A stretch of 64,000 bases of DNA, from the NCBI GenBank assembly GCA_018064885.1, contig JAGHUI010000049.1:7694-71693 (forward strand), written 5' to 3'. Position numbers and translations under genes: made by a program. Each line of letters begins with the position of its first letter. The stretch's first letter is position 1. This document shows, piece after piece, positions 21,195-29,834 of this stretch. A model generated the notes under the pieces. That model saw nothing but the letters and a program-made list of their open reading frames with translations, did not search any database and had not been told where the DNA came from. Source of the DNA: Candidatus Minthosoma equi (GTDB lineage Bacteria > Bacteroidota > Bacteroidia > Bacteroidales > Bacteroidaceae).

Positions 21195-22565
21195 ATGAAT
21201 ATTCGTAATATTATAAGTGTCTTGTTCGTTATGTTTGCTATGAACATGTTTGCTCAGAGCAAGAACAATGTCATCGATGAAGTTGTTTGGGTTGTAGGTG
21301 ACGAGGCAATCCTTCGTTCTGATGTGGAAAATGCTCGTATTCAGGCTCTTCAAACAGGAGCTCGTTGGGAGGGAGATCCTTATTGTGTTATTCCAGAACA
21401 ATTGGCAATTCAAAAACTTTTTCTTCATCAGGCAGCAATTGACTCTGTTGAAGTTTCTGATGCGGATGTTTTCAGATCTGTAGATGCCAAAGTTACACAA
21501 CTGATTCAAGATTACGGTTCTAAGGAAAAGTTAGAGGAGTACTCAGGAAAAACAATGACTCAGATTCGTGAGATGTTGTATAATAACATTAAGGATGAAG
21601 AGATGATATCAGAAGTTCGTCGTAGCCTTGTCAAAGATATAAAGGTCACTCCTGCACAGGTTCGTCGCTATTTCAAGGAGGTTCCAGAAGACAGTATCCC
21701 ATTCGTGCCAACAAAGGTTGAGTGTCAGATAATCACTCGCAATCCTGTTATTCCTCAGGAAGAAATTGACCGTGTTAAGAATGAGCTTCGAAGCTATACA
21801 GAACGAATCAATAACGGAACTACAGAGTTTTCCACTCTCGCGCGAATGTATTCTGAAGACAAAGCATCTGCAAGAGATGGCGGTGAAATGGGCTGGGCTG
21901 GACGAGGCAGTTATGTTCCTGAGTTTGCAAATGTTGCGTTCAATCTTACAGACCCAAAAGCTGTGTCAAAGATTGTTGAAACAGAATTCGGTTTCCATAT
22001 CATTCAGTTGATAGAAAAGCGTGGTGATCAGATTCGTTGCCGTCATATTTTGAGAAAGCCTCGTGTCACAATGGAAGCTTTGCAGAAAAGCATCAATGAC
22101 CTTGACTCCATTTCTGCGGAGATAAATAAGGGAATATTTACTTTTGACGAATGTACCTCTATTGTTTCTTACGATAAGGATACAAGAAACAATCATGGTC
22201 TTATGGTAAATTCTTCTCAAACAGCAGGTGATGATTTTGGTACATCAAAATTTCAAATGAAAGATCTTCCTGCAGAAGTAGCTCATGCCATTTCTGGTCT
22301 TCAGGTTGGTGAAATGTCAAAGCCTTTCATCATGGTTGACAGTAAAGGCAAAGAGGTCGTTGCAATGGTTAAGTTGAAGAGTCGCATCAATGGCCATAGA
22401 GCAAATATGGCTGATGATTATCAGGAAATGCAAAATGTTGTTGTTGAAAAGCTTAGCGAAGAGAAACTTGAAAAATGGATTCGCGATAAGCAGCAGACAA
22501 CATACATCCACATCAATGAAGAATGGCGTAATTGTGAATTTAAGTATCCAGGTTGGATAAAGTGA
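21195..22565 (+). CDS. peptidylprolyl isomerase, SurA-like
   Basis: The ATG at 21195 gives the signal peptide MNIRNIISVLFVMFAMNMFAQ. Parvulin core: GGEMGWAGRGSYVPEFANVAF..FGFHIIQL. Confidence 0.85.
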   Translation: MNIRNIISVLFVMFAMNMFAQSKNNVIDEVVWVVGDEAILRSDVENARIQALQTGARWEGDPYCVIPEQLAIQKLFLHQAAIDSVEVSDADVFRSVDAKVTQLIQDYGSKEKLEEYSGKTMTQIREMLYNNIKDEEMISEVRRSLVKDIKVTPAQVRRYFKEVPEDSIPFVPTKVECQIITRNPVIPQEEIDRVKNELRSYTERINNGTTEFSTLARMYSEDKASARDGGEMGWAGRGSYVPEFANVAFNLTDPKAVSKIVETEFGFHIIQLIEKRGDQIRCRHILRKPRVTMEALQKSINDLDSISAEINKGIFTFDECTSIVSYDKDTRNNHGLMVNSSQTAGDDFGTSKFQMKDLPAEVAHAISGLQVGEMSKPFIMVDSKGKEVVAMVKLKSRINGHRANMADDYQEMQNVVVEKLSEEKLEKWIRDKQQTTYIHINEEWRNCEFKYPGWIK

Positions 22566-24196
22566 AACGTAATAAAACAAACATACGAGAAAGGCTGTTG
22601 ATAGGCACTATGTGTCTATCTGTCTTTTGTATGCTATTTGCTTCAAATACTCCTGATGATAAAAGAAAGAAATCAAGTGAGCAAGTGAAGCTTATTCATA
22701 CCGATGTGCTCTATAAGAATGCATCTGATGTTCGTGCTGATGTTCTTGTCGGACATGTGAAACTCTATCACGATGGAATGTATATTGATTGTGATAGCGC
22801 ACGATTTTATAAAGATGACAACACCTTCAATGCGTATGGACATGTTAAGATGATTCAGGGTGATACCTTGACACTTACTTCTGACACGTTATTATATAAT
22901 GGTCCTATGATGCAAGCTCATGCGCAGGGACATGCAATCCTTACTCATAGGAAAACAAAACTTACAACTTCTCTTATTGATTATGATAGACTTGAAGGTG
23001 TAGGCTTCTATCCAAAACATGGCGTTCTCTATGATGGAGATAATGTTTTGAATTCTGATTATGGTCAATATACACCTGCATTAAGTGAAGCAATCTTCAA
23101 AGATAATGTGGTTCTTGACAATCCTAAATTCAATCTTAAAACTCAAGAACTGTATTATTATTCCAACACTCAAATTGCTAAAATTGTTTCTGAAACTAAT
23201 ATCCTTTCATCAGACAGCACTTTCGTGTATGCAATTCGAGGCGATTATAATACAAAAACAGGACAGGCAAGTTTGATGGATCGTTCTCATATCTATAAAG
23301 ATATGCGAGACATCGTTGGCGATAGTTTGTATTGTGACGATGAGAAAGGCATTAGCGAGGCTTATTATAATGTTGTGCTTACTGATGTAGAGAATAAATG
23401 CATGCTCACAGGAGATTATTGCCGTTATGATGAGAACATAGCAACTGCTGTTGCCACGGATAATGCTATCTGTTACGAATTCTCTGGTCCCGACACTCTC
23501 TATGTTCATGGCGATACACTTAAGATGGTCACTTACAACCAGAAGACGGATTCGGCGTATAGAGATTTGTTCGCTTACCATAAGGTGAGGATGTTCCGTA
23601 ATGATTTTCAAGGCGTTTGTGATTCGTTAGTCTCTCATGAACTCGACTCTTGCACATACCTTTACGGACAGCCAATTCTCTGGAATGAAGGCCAGCAGGT
23701 ATTCGGTGAAGAGATTCGAGTGTATAACAATGACAGTACAATTGACTGGATACACATTATTAATCAAGCGATGACTATTGAAAAACTTGATTCTATATCA
23801 TACAATCAGGTTTCGTCGAAAGAAATGTTCAGTTTCTTTGAAAATGGTGAGATAAAGATGAATCATGCCAAGGGAAACGTCTTCGTAAGTTACTATATGG
23901 TTGAATCTGATAGTAATAGAATAGGTATGAACTATTCCGAAACGCCAGAGTTGAAACTTTACATGGAAAATAAGAAAATTTCCAAGATTTGGATGAAAAC
24001 TCCAACTGGAACAATGTATCCAGCATTTGGTGTCCCTTCTGATAAACAGTATCTTGCTGGATTTGCTTGGTTTGACTACATACGTCCGAAAAATAAAGAT
24101 GATTTGTTTGAGTGGATAGCAAAGTCGGAAGACCAAGTTTTGAAGAAAACAGAAAAGAAAACTGTTCCTAAACAAAAACTTGATCAAATTAAATAG
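22553..24196 (+). CDS. OstA/LptD-N-terminal-like domain protein
   Basis: TTG (22553) or GTG (22562) start overlapping the upstream stop codon. It has an N-terminal TM/signal segment. The repeated beta-jellyroll-like pattern and its position after the two PPIases are typical of Bacteroidales OstA-like proteins. Confidence 0.6.
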   Translation: MDKVKRNKTNIRERLLIGTMCLSVFCMLFASNTPDDKRKKSSEQVKLIHTDVLYKNASDVRADVLVGHVKLYHDGMYIDCDSARFYKDDNTFNAYGHVKMIQGDTLTLTSDTLLYNGPMMQAHAQGHAILTHRKTKLTTSLIDYDRLEGVGFYPKHGVLYDGDNVLNSDYGQYTPALSEAIFKDNVVLDNPKFNLKTQELYYYSNTQIAKIVSETNILSSDSTFVYAIRGDYNTKTGQASLMDRSHIYKDMRDIVGDSLYCDDEKGISEAYYNVVLTDVENKCMLTGDYCRYDENIATAVATDNAICYEFSGPDTLYVHGDTLKMVTYNQKTDSAYRDLFAYHKVRMFRNDFQGVCDSLVSHELDSCTYLYGQPILWNEGQQVFGEEIRVYNNDSTIDWIHIINQAMTIEKLDSISYNQVSSKEMFSFFENGEIKMNHAKGNVFVSYYMVESDSNRIGMNYSETPELKLYMENKKISKIWMKTPTGTMYPAFGVPSDKQYLAGFAWFDYIRPKNKDDLFEWIAKSEDQVLKKTEKKTVPKQKLDQIK

Positions 24197-24220
24197 GGTA
24201 GAACTTACACATTATTATAT

Positions 24221-24517
24221 ATGGGAATGTTTAGCGTAAGGAAACCGCGTGGTTTCCAGCACAACTATATCTATTATGATCCTCGCAAGGAGAAGCTGAA
24301 GGAAATTGATGAGCGTGCGAAGCGAGAACTGGGGCTTCTTCCTCCAAAGGAATTTTCTCCAGAGGATATTCGTGGCAAGTTTGTTCAAGCTACAACTCAT
24401 CTAAAAAGAAGAAAAGAAAGTGGTCGCAAGCCATTGTCTTATGGTATTCTCATAACAGCTATTGTGCTTCTTCTTCTCTTGATGCGTTATCTGTATTCTG
24501 GAAGAATATTCTTTTAA
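24221..24517 (+). CDS. small C-terminally anchored membrane protein (hypothetical)
   Basis: 98 aa, with a basic N-terminal part and a single C-terminal TM segment (GILITAIVLLLLLM). Confidence 0.55.
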   Translation: MGMFSVRKPRGFQHNYIYYDPRKEKLKEIDERAKRELGLLPPKEFSPEDIRGKFVQATTHLKRRKESGRKPLSYGILITAIVLLLLLMRYLYSGRIFF

Positions 24518-24575
24518 TCCATAAATGCTTTTTGAAAGATAAGAACTCTTTTTATATCAATTCTGTCCGAATTTC

Positions 24576-26477
24576 ATGAATGACATAATACACCTCCTTC
24601 CTGATTCCGTTGCAAATCAAATTGCTGCGGGTGAAGTTGTTCAGCGTCCAGCATCTATCATCAAGGAAATGGTGGAAAACTCTATTGATGCTGGTGCAGA
24701 GAATATCCAAGTGCTTGTTGTTGATGGAGGTAAATCAAATGTGCAGGTGATAGACGACGGAAAAGGTATGTCCGAAACCGATGCTCGTCTTTCTTTCGAA
24801 CGCCATGCTACATCAAAGATTCAACAAGCGTCAGACTTGTTCAGCCTTTCTACTATGGGATTCCGTGGAGAAGCATTGGCGAGTATTGCGGCTGTTGCTC
24901 AGGTCGAATTGAAAACACGAAGAGCAGAAGACGAGCTTGGCACATTCATTAGTATTGCTGGCTCAAAGATAGAAACGCAGGAGCCTGTGTCTTGTCCTGT
25001 GGGAAGCAATTTCTCGGTCAAGAACCTCTTTTTCAATATTCCAGCACGCAGAAAATTCCTCAAATCAAGTCAGACAGAGTTGACAAATGTGTTGAACGAT
25101 TTTTTCCGTATTGTCCTTGTTCATCCAGACATTTCTTTCACATTTTATAATAATGGAGTAGAAATGTATAGATTGCCCAAGGCGTCAGTAAGACAGAGAA
25201 TAGTCGATGTGTTTGGAAAAAAGATAAATGCAGATCTTCTTCCTTTGGATGTTGAAACATCACTCGTAAGCGTATCTGGTTTTGTTGGAAAGCCGGAATC
25301 ATCAAAGAAGAAAGGCAGTCAGCAATACTTCTTTGTCAATGGAAGATACATGCGCCATCCGTATTTTCATAGTGCCGTGATGAAGGCGTACGAAAATCTC
25401 ATTCCAGTAGGCGAACACGTGCCTTATTTCATTTATTTCGCTGTTGATCCGTCAACTATTGATGTTAATGTTCACCCGACAAAAACGGAAATAAAGTTTG
25501 ATAATGAGCAACCTATATGGCAGGTGCTGTGTGCTTCTGTAAAGGAGACGCTTGGAAAATTCAGCAACGTCCCAATGATCGACTTTGATGTAGAGGGACG
25601 ACCAGACATTCCTGTGATGGGGCTTGATACAAGCATTCCTGATCAGCCACGCCTGTCAGCACCAACATACAATCCGTTTAACACGCAAAATTCTCATCAT
25701 TCTTCCAATACAAGAGGTTGGGAGAAACTGTACGAGAAATCGTCTGTCGATTTCAGCTCATTTGGTGGTAATACTAATGCAGAGATTCCTCAGGCACCAA
25801 GCGGAGCAGGCATAGGAGTGTCCTTAGATGATATTCCTGAAGCGGAAAACATTCAGCCATCTTTGTGGAACGATTTGCCTAAAGACAATCTGCCGCTCTC
25901 GGAAGGTATTGACCTTACAGTTCCAAAATTCCAGTTCCGCGGACAATATATTGTGATGCCTGCAGAGGAAGGCCTGATGGTGGTTGATCAGCATCGCGCG
26001 CACATAAGAATTCTCTTTGAACAGAACATGCAATGCATGTCTTTCCATCGCCGTCCTTCCCAAAAGGTGCTGTTTCCTGATATTGTCCAGTTCGACAAGG
26101 CAGATCTTGTTATTTTGGAGTCCATTGAGGATGATATTGCAAGCTTGGGATTTGAATTGAATAATTTGGGCGGCGGTTCATACTCTGTCAATGGTGTTCC
26201 TTCGGGCATTGAAGGAGTGAATCCTGACAAAATACTGCATGAGTTCGTGGAGGCTGCAAGAGAGAAAACCTCAAATGCAAAGGCTGATGCACAAGAGGCA
26301 TTGGCTCTGGCTATGGCAAAAGAGTCTTCCATCGTTTATGGACAGTTCCTCACGCAGGTTGAGATGGATAAACTGATGGGAGATTTGTTCTCGCTTTCGT
26401 TATCTGCCAGAACGCCAGACGGCAAGTTAATATATTCTGTAATTAAAAATTGTGATATTGAGTCAATTTTTAGATAA
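24576..26477 (+). CDS. mutL: DNA mismatch repair endonuclease MutL
   Basis: The N-terminus IHLLPDSVANQIAAGEVVQRPASIIKEMVENSIDAG is a GHKL ATPase. The C-terminal dimerisation domain carries QHRAHIRILFE. Confidence 0.95.
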   Translation: MNDIIHLLPDSVANQIAAGEVVQRPASIIKEMVENSIDAGAENIQVLVVDGGKSNVQVIDDGKGMSETDARLSFERHATSKIQQASDLFSLSTMGFRGEALASIAAVAQVELKTRRAEDELGTFISIAGSKIETQEPVSCPVGSNFSVKNLFFNIPARRKFLKSSQTELTNVLNDFFRIVLVHPDISFTFYNNGVEMYRLPKASVRQRIVDVFGKKINADLLPLDVETSLVSVSGFVGKPESSKKKGSQQYFFVNGRYMRHPYFHSAVMKAYENLIPVGEHVPYFIYFAVDPSTIDVNVHPTKTEIKFDNEQPIWQVLCASVKETLGKFSNVPMIDFDVEGRPDIPVMGLDTSIPDQPRLSAPTYNPFNTQNSHHSSNTRGWEKLYEKSSVDFSSFGGNTNAEIPQAPSGAGIGVSLDDIPEAENIQPSLWNDLPKDNLPLSEGIDLTVPKFQFRGQYIVMPAEEGLMVVDQHRAHIRILFEQNMQCMSFHRRPSQKVLFPDIVQFDKADLVILESIEDDIASLGFELNNLGGGSYSVNGVPSGIEGVNPDKILHEFVEAAREKTSNAKADAQEALALAMAKESSIVYGQFLTQVEMDKLMGDLFSLSLSARTPDGKLIYSVIKNCDIESIFR

Positions 26478-26598
26478 AAAATGCAAAAACATGTCATGTT
26501 AAGTGTTTTTAACAGAAAAAGTTGCTCAAAATGCTAAAAACTTACAGTTTATCATGTATTTTCTTGAGAAAAACTTGCACGGAATTGTTGAAAATTGC

Positions 26599-26606
26599 TA
26601 ACTTTG
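26599..26606 (+). promoter_or_regulatory. Bacteroidota -7 promoter box TAACTTTG
   Basis: It lies about 168 nt upstream of the ATG at 26774, which implies a long leader. Confidence 0.4.
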
Positions 26607-26773
26607 CACAGAATTATTGTGAGAACTTTGTGTTTTATAACTATTTTGAACATTTTTCACAAGGGGCAGAATGAATGAAATTGGGTTACATAGTATGCCA
26701 TACTGTAGTTTGTTCCGTCTATTTTCAATAGGATATTAAAATTTAATTTATTGTTTTATTAAAAATTGTATTT

Positions 26774-27952
26774 ATGAAAAAGTTTTTGATGGCGTTGGCC
26801 TTTGTAGGTCTTGGTGCTGTTGCAGCTAATGCTCAGTGCGACGAATTCGCAACTCCAGCAACAAGTAAGTACAGTGTTGCTACTAACTCTTTCTGGTCTA
26901 ACTGGTATCTTCAGGTAGGTGTTGACATGTCTGTAATGGACGCTTACAACAACGGCGATCACCTTCTTTCTGGTGAGTGGCACGACAACCGTACTTACGG
27001 TGTTAACCTCGCTGTAGGCAAGTGGTTCACTCCAGGTATCGGTACTCGTCTCAAGCTCAACTGGCAGAACGGTACATTCGGTCACGCTTTCCGTAATCAG
27101 GATTGTCTCCAGACTCTCGGTGAGACTCCAATCGATTGCAAGGGTGGTTATGCACGTCTTTCATTCGACACTCAGTTCAACCTCAGCAACATGTTCTGCG
27201 GTTACAGCGACTCACGTGTTTGGAACTTCATCGTTTACCCACGTATGTCTCTCTATCGTAACTTCTCTACTAGCCAGTACTTCCCAGGTCTTGGCGTAGG
27301 TATCGAGAATACTTGGAAGCTTGGCAAGTGTGTAGGTCTCTATCTCGACCTCTCTTACGAGTGGACTGACAATGATCTCGCTCCTTATGCAAAGGACGGC
27401 AAGGCATTCGAAGGCAACCAGGTTGCTAACATCGACCTCGGTCTTACTTTCAACCTTGGCAAGTCTGGTTGGTCTAAGGCAGTTTCTCTTGACGACTATG
27501 AGGCACTCTCTGCAGAGGCTTGCTCTAAGCTCGCTGCTCTCCGCGCACAGCTCAAGGCTGAGCAGGACGAGAACGCTCGTCTTCGTGACCTCCTCGCTAA
27601 GAAGGGTGACGCTAAGCCAGCTGAGAAGATCGTAACAGCTAACGCTGCTTCTGTATTCTTCAACCTCAACTCTTCTAAGCTCAACTCTAAGAAGGACCTC
27701 ATCAACATCGAGGCAGTTGCTACAGCTGCTAAGAACACAGGTGCTAAGGTTCAGGTTACAGGTTCTGCAGATAGCAAGACAGGTTCTTCTGCTTACAACC
27801 AGAAGCTTTCTGAGGCTCGTGCTCAGGCTGTTGCTGACGAACTCGTAAACCTCGGCGTTGATCGTTCTAAGATCACAGTTAAGGGTATCGGTGGTGTTAA
27901 CGACGTAACTCCATACAACCTCAACCGTCGTGCTGTTATCGAGCTCAAGTAA
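26774..27952 (+). CDS. major OmpA-family outer membrane protein
   Basis: It has a signal peptide, a barrel, a coiled-coil linker (LAALRAQLKAEQDENARLRDLL) and an OmpA_C domain (VQVTGSADSKTGSSAYNQKLSEARAQAV). Strongly biased codon usage suggests high expression. Confidence 0.9.
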   Translation: MKKFLMALAFVGLGAVAANAQCDEFATPATSKYSVATNSFWSNWYLQVGVDMSVMDAYNNGDHLLSGEWHDNRTYGVNLAVGKWFTPGIGTRLKLNWQNGTFGHAFRNQDCLQTLGETPIDCKGGYARLSFDTQFNLSNMFCGYSDSRVWNFIVYPRMSLYRNFSTSQYFPGLGVGIENTWKLGKCVGLYLDLSYEWTDNDLAPYAKDGKAFEGNQVANIDLGLTFNLGKSGWSKAVSLDDYEALSAEACSKLAALRAQLKAEQDENARLRDLLAKKGDAKPAEKIVTANAASVFFNLNSSKLNSKKDLINIEAVATAAKNTGAKVQVTGSADSKTGSSAYNQKLSEARAQAVADELVNLGVDRSKITVKGIGGVNDVTPYNLNRRAVIELK

Positions 27953-27982
27953 TTTGAAGCTTTATAGCAATAGATAAAATAC

Positions 27983-28015
27983 AGGTTGCCGCATTTCGCG
28001 GCAACCTTTTTTTGT
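27983..28015 (+). terminator. rho-independent terminator
   Basis: aggttgccgc pairs with gcggcaacct across a 5-nt loop and is followed by a T7 run. Confidence 0.85.
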
Positions 28016-28221
28016 TTATGGTGGCAACCTTTTTTTGAGAAAACATGTCATCGGCAATGTCTTTTTGTCTATTTCACGTTTATGTGGAAAAATGCTGAAA
28101 AAACGTGTGATTTGTAACATGATGTGTTCTGAATGGCAGAGATAAAGGTCTGCATTGAAATAAAATTCAAATTTAAATGAAAATTCTTTTGAATATTCTT
28201 TGCTGGTAAAGAAAAAAGTCG

Positions 28222-28229
28222 TAACTTTG
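28222..28229 (+). promoter_or_regulatory. Bacteroidota -7 promoter box TAACTTTG for the tRNA cluster
   Basis: 30 nt upstream of the first tRNA-Pro. Confidence 0.5.
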
Positions 28230-28258
28230 CACCGCTTTTGAGAAAGGAAGCAGTCAAC

Positions 28259-28331
28259 CGGGATGTAGTACAGTTGGTAGTATACTTGGTTTGGGACCAA
28301 GGGGTCGCACGTTCGAGTCGTGTCATCCCGA
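28259..28331 (+). tRNA. tRNA-Pro (anticodon TGG), copy 1
   Basis: Hand-folded cloverleaf: acceptor CGGGATG/CATCCCG, anticodon stem CTTGG/CCAAG with loop TTTGGGA, and T-loop TTCGAGT. Confidence 0.9.
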
Positions 28332-28357
28332 CAAATTTTTCCAATCTCAATAAGCAT

Positions 28358-28430
28358 CGGGATGTAGTACAGTTGGTAGTATACTTGGTTTGGGACCAAG
28401 GGGTCGCACGTTCGAGTCGTGTCATCCCGA
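28358..28430 (+). tRNA. tRNA-Pro (anticodon TGG), copy 2
   Basis: The 73 nt are identical to copy 1, offset by 99 bp, and are followed by cca. Confidence 0.9.
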
Positions 28431-28459
28431 CCAACAATATGAAGTTGAAATATCACTTC

Positions 28460-28534
28460 GGGCGTTTAGCTCAGCTGGTTCAGAGCATCTGCCTTACAAG
28501 CAGAGGGTCGGCGGTTCGAATCCGTCAACGCCCA
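28460..28534 (+). tRNA. tRNA-Val (anticodon TAC)
   Basis: Acceptor GGGCGTT/AACGCCC, anticodon stem TCTGC/GCAGA with loop CTTACAA, and T-loop TTCGAAT. Confidence 0.9.
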
Positions 28535-28542
28535 CAATAAGG

Positions 28543-28568
28543 AGGAAGGTTTTTACCTTCCTTTTTTT
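28543..28568 (+). terminator. rho-independent terminator after the tRNA cluster
   Basis: aggaaggt pairs with accttcct across the loop tttt and is followed by a T7 run. Confidence 0.8.
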
Positions 28569-28698
28569 GTTTTCCTATTGTTTGTGTTCCATTTGTCTTT
28601 CAAGCAAAGTTTGATTTCTAGTATTGGTTTAGTTGGTTTTCTCGATAAAGCATGACTGATTCATGTGTTCGTTTTGTCCTCGCAAATTGAAATGAGTA

Positions 28699-28790
28699 AA
28701 GTACAGTTGTCCTTTCCTCGAAAGTACACTTGTCCTTACGGGCAAAGGATGGCTGTCCTTTCGAGGAAAGGATACGAGTACTTATGGGGT
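28699..28790. repeat. degenerate 23-bp phased repeats plus a 26-nt imperfect inverted repeat
   Basis: Units aagtacagttgtcctttcctcga (28699), aagtacacttgtccttacgggca (28722) and aaggatggctgtcctttcgagga (28745). Arms 28699-28724 and 28758-28783 are complementary at 21 of 26 positions. Confidence 0.75.
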
Positions 28791-28830
28791 ATTGTATTTG
28801 CCGTTTCTTCTTAATGTGTTTCTACAATTC

Positions 28831-28922
28831 TTGGCAATAGGCGATTGTGATAGTTGGCATTGGGAGGATGCGGTAGTTTGCAATAGGATAATGTGGTAAT
28901 TGGCAATGTTATTATGTACTTC
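28831..28922. repeat. 4 x 23-bp tandem repeats (TTGGCAAT-headed) upstream of parA
   Basis: ttggcaat at 28831, ttggcatt at 28854, tttgcaat at 28877 and ttggcaat at 28900, spaced exactly 23 bp apart. The units also share an internal ..agg.gat.gtgg.tag pattern. Confidence 0.8.
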
Positions 28923-28944
28923 TAAAAAATGTAAAAACATTTAA

Positions 28945-28976
28945 TGTTCCACATGATTTGTTTTTGCTGTTCCACA
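28945..28976 (+). promoter_or_regulatory. two direct TGTTCCACA boxes (parS left-half-like) at the parA promoter
   Basis: tgttccaca occurs at 28945-28953 and 28968-28976, 23 bp apart. The boxes flank a TTTG (-33-like, 28963-28966) that lies 19 nt before the -7 box. Confidence 0.5.
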
Positions 28977-28985
28977 AAAAATACT

Positions 28986-28993
28986 TATCTTTG
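28986..28993 (+). promoter_or_regulatory. Bacteroidota -7 promoter box TATCTTTG
   Basis: 38 nt upstream of the parA ATG at 29032. Confidence 0.5.
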
Positions 28994-29031
28994 CATTTGA
29001 ATTGAATGAAAGAAACCAAAAAGAAATTTAT

Positions 29032-29805
29032 ATGGGAAAAATAATTGCATTGGTAAACCAGAAGGGTGGAGTAGGCAAAACAACTACAGCAATAAATCTT
29101 GCTGCTAGTCTTGCCGTTCTTGAGAAGAAAGTGTTGGTGGTTGATGCCGATCCTCAGGCAAACGCATCTTCTGGTTTGGGTGTTGATGTTCAGCAGGTAG
29201 ATTCCTCTATATACGATTGTATCATAAACAATATTGATCCTCATGAGGCAATTTATACGACCGACATGGAAGGACTCGATGTAATTCCAAGTCATATTGA
29301 CCTCGTAGGAGCTGAAATTGAAATGCTTAATGTTAAGCAGCGTGAGATGGTTATGAAGAAAATTCTTGATAAGCTTCGTAACGAATATGACTACATTCTT
29401 ATTGACTGTTCTCCTTCTCTTGGAATTATCACAGTGAATTCGCTCACTGCAGCCGATTCTGTTATTATTCTTGTTCAGTGTGAATACTTTGCCCTTGAAG
29501 GAATCAGCAAATTGCTCAACACAATCAAGATTATCAAGTCAAAGCTCAATCCGCGTCTTGAGATTGAGGGATTCCTCCTCACAATGTATGATTCACGTCT
29601 CCGTTTGGCTAATCAGATTTATGATGAGGTGAAGCGCCATTTCCAGGAACTTGTGTTCAAGACCGTCATTCAGAGAAATGTGAAACTTTCCGAGGCTCCA
29701 AGTCATGGCATTCCTTGTATCCTTTACGATGCAACATCAAATGGAGCAAAGAACTACATTTCGCTTGCAAAGGAAATTATTGAGAGAGAAAAATCAGAAA
29801 AGTAA
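29032..29805 (+). CDS. parA: chromosome partitioning ATPase ParA/Soj
   Basis: The ATG at 29032 gives [24 protein letters not shown], a deviant Walker A motif. The tracked TTG at 29002 is probably too far upstream. Confidence 0.93.
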   Translation: MGKIIALVNQKGGVGKTTTAINLAASLAVLEKKVLVVDADPQANASSGLGVDVQQVDSSIYDCIINNIDPHEAIYTTDMEGLDVIPSHIDLVGAEIEMLNVKQREMVMKKILDKLRNEYDYILIDCSPSLGIITVNSLTAADSVIILVQCEYFALEGISKLLNTIKIIKSKLNPRLEIEGFLLTMYDSRLRLANQIYDEVKRHFQELVFKTVIQRNVKLSEAPSHGIPCILYDATSNGAKNYISLAKEIIEREKSEK

Positions 29806-29834
29806 AAAAGCTACATAATATATAATAGTATAAC

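Noticed and set aside
28000-28037. 15-nt direct repeat ggcaacctttttttg (28000-28014 and 28023-28037) after the ompA terminator
   Set aside because: This is probably a local duplication of the terminator's 3' arm, giving at most an alternative hairpin. It is too small to interpret further.
28016-28540. ORFs 28016-28456 (-), 28069-28437 (-) and 28238-28540 (+) with internally repeated peptides
   Set aside because: They are read through the two identical tRNA-Pro genes and tRNA-Val. The peptide repeats mirror the tRNA duplication.
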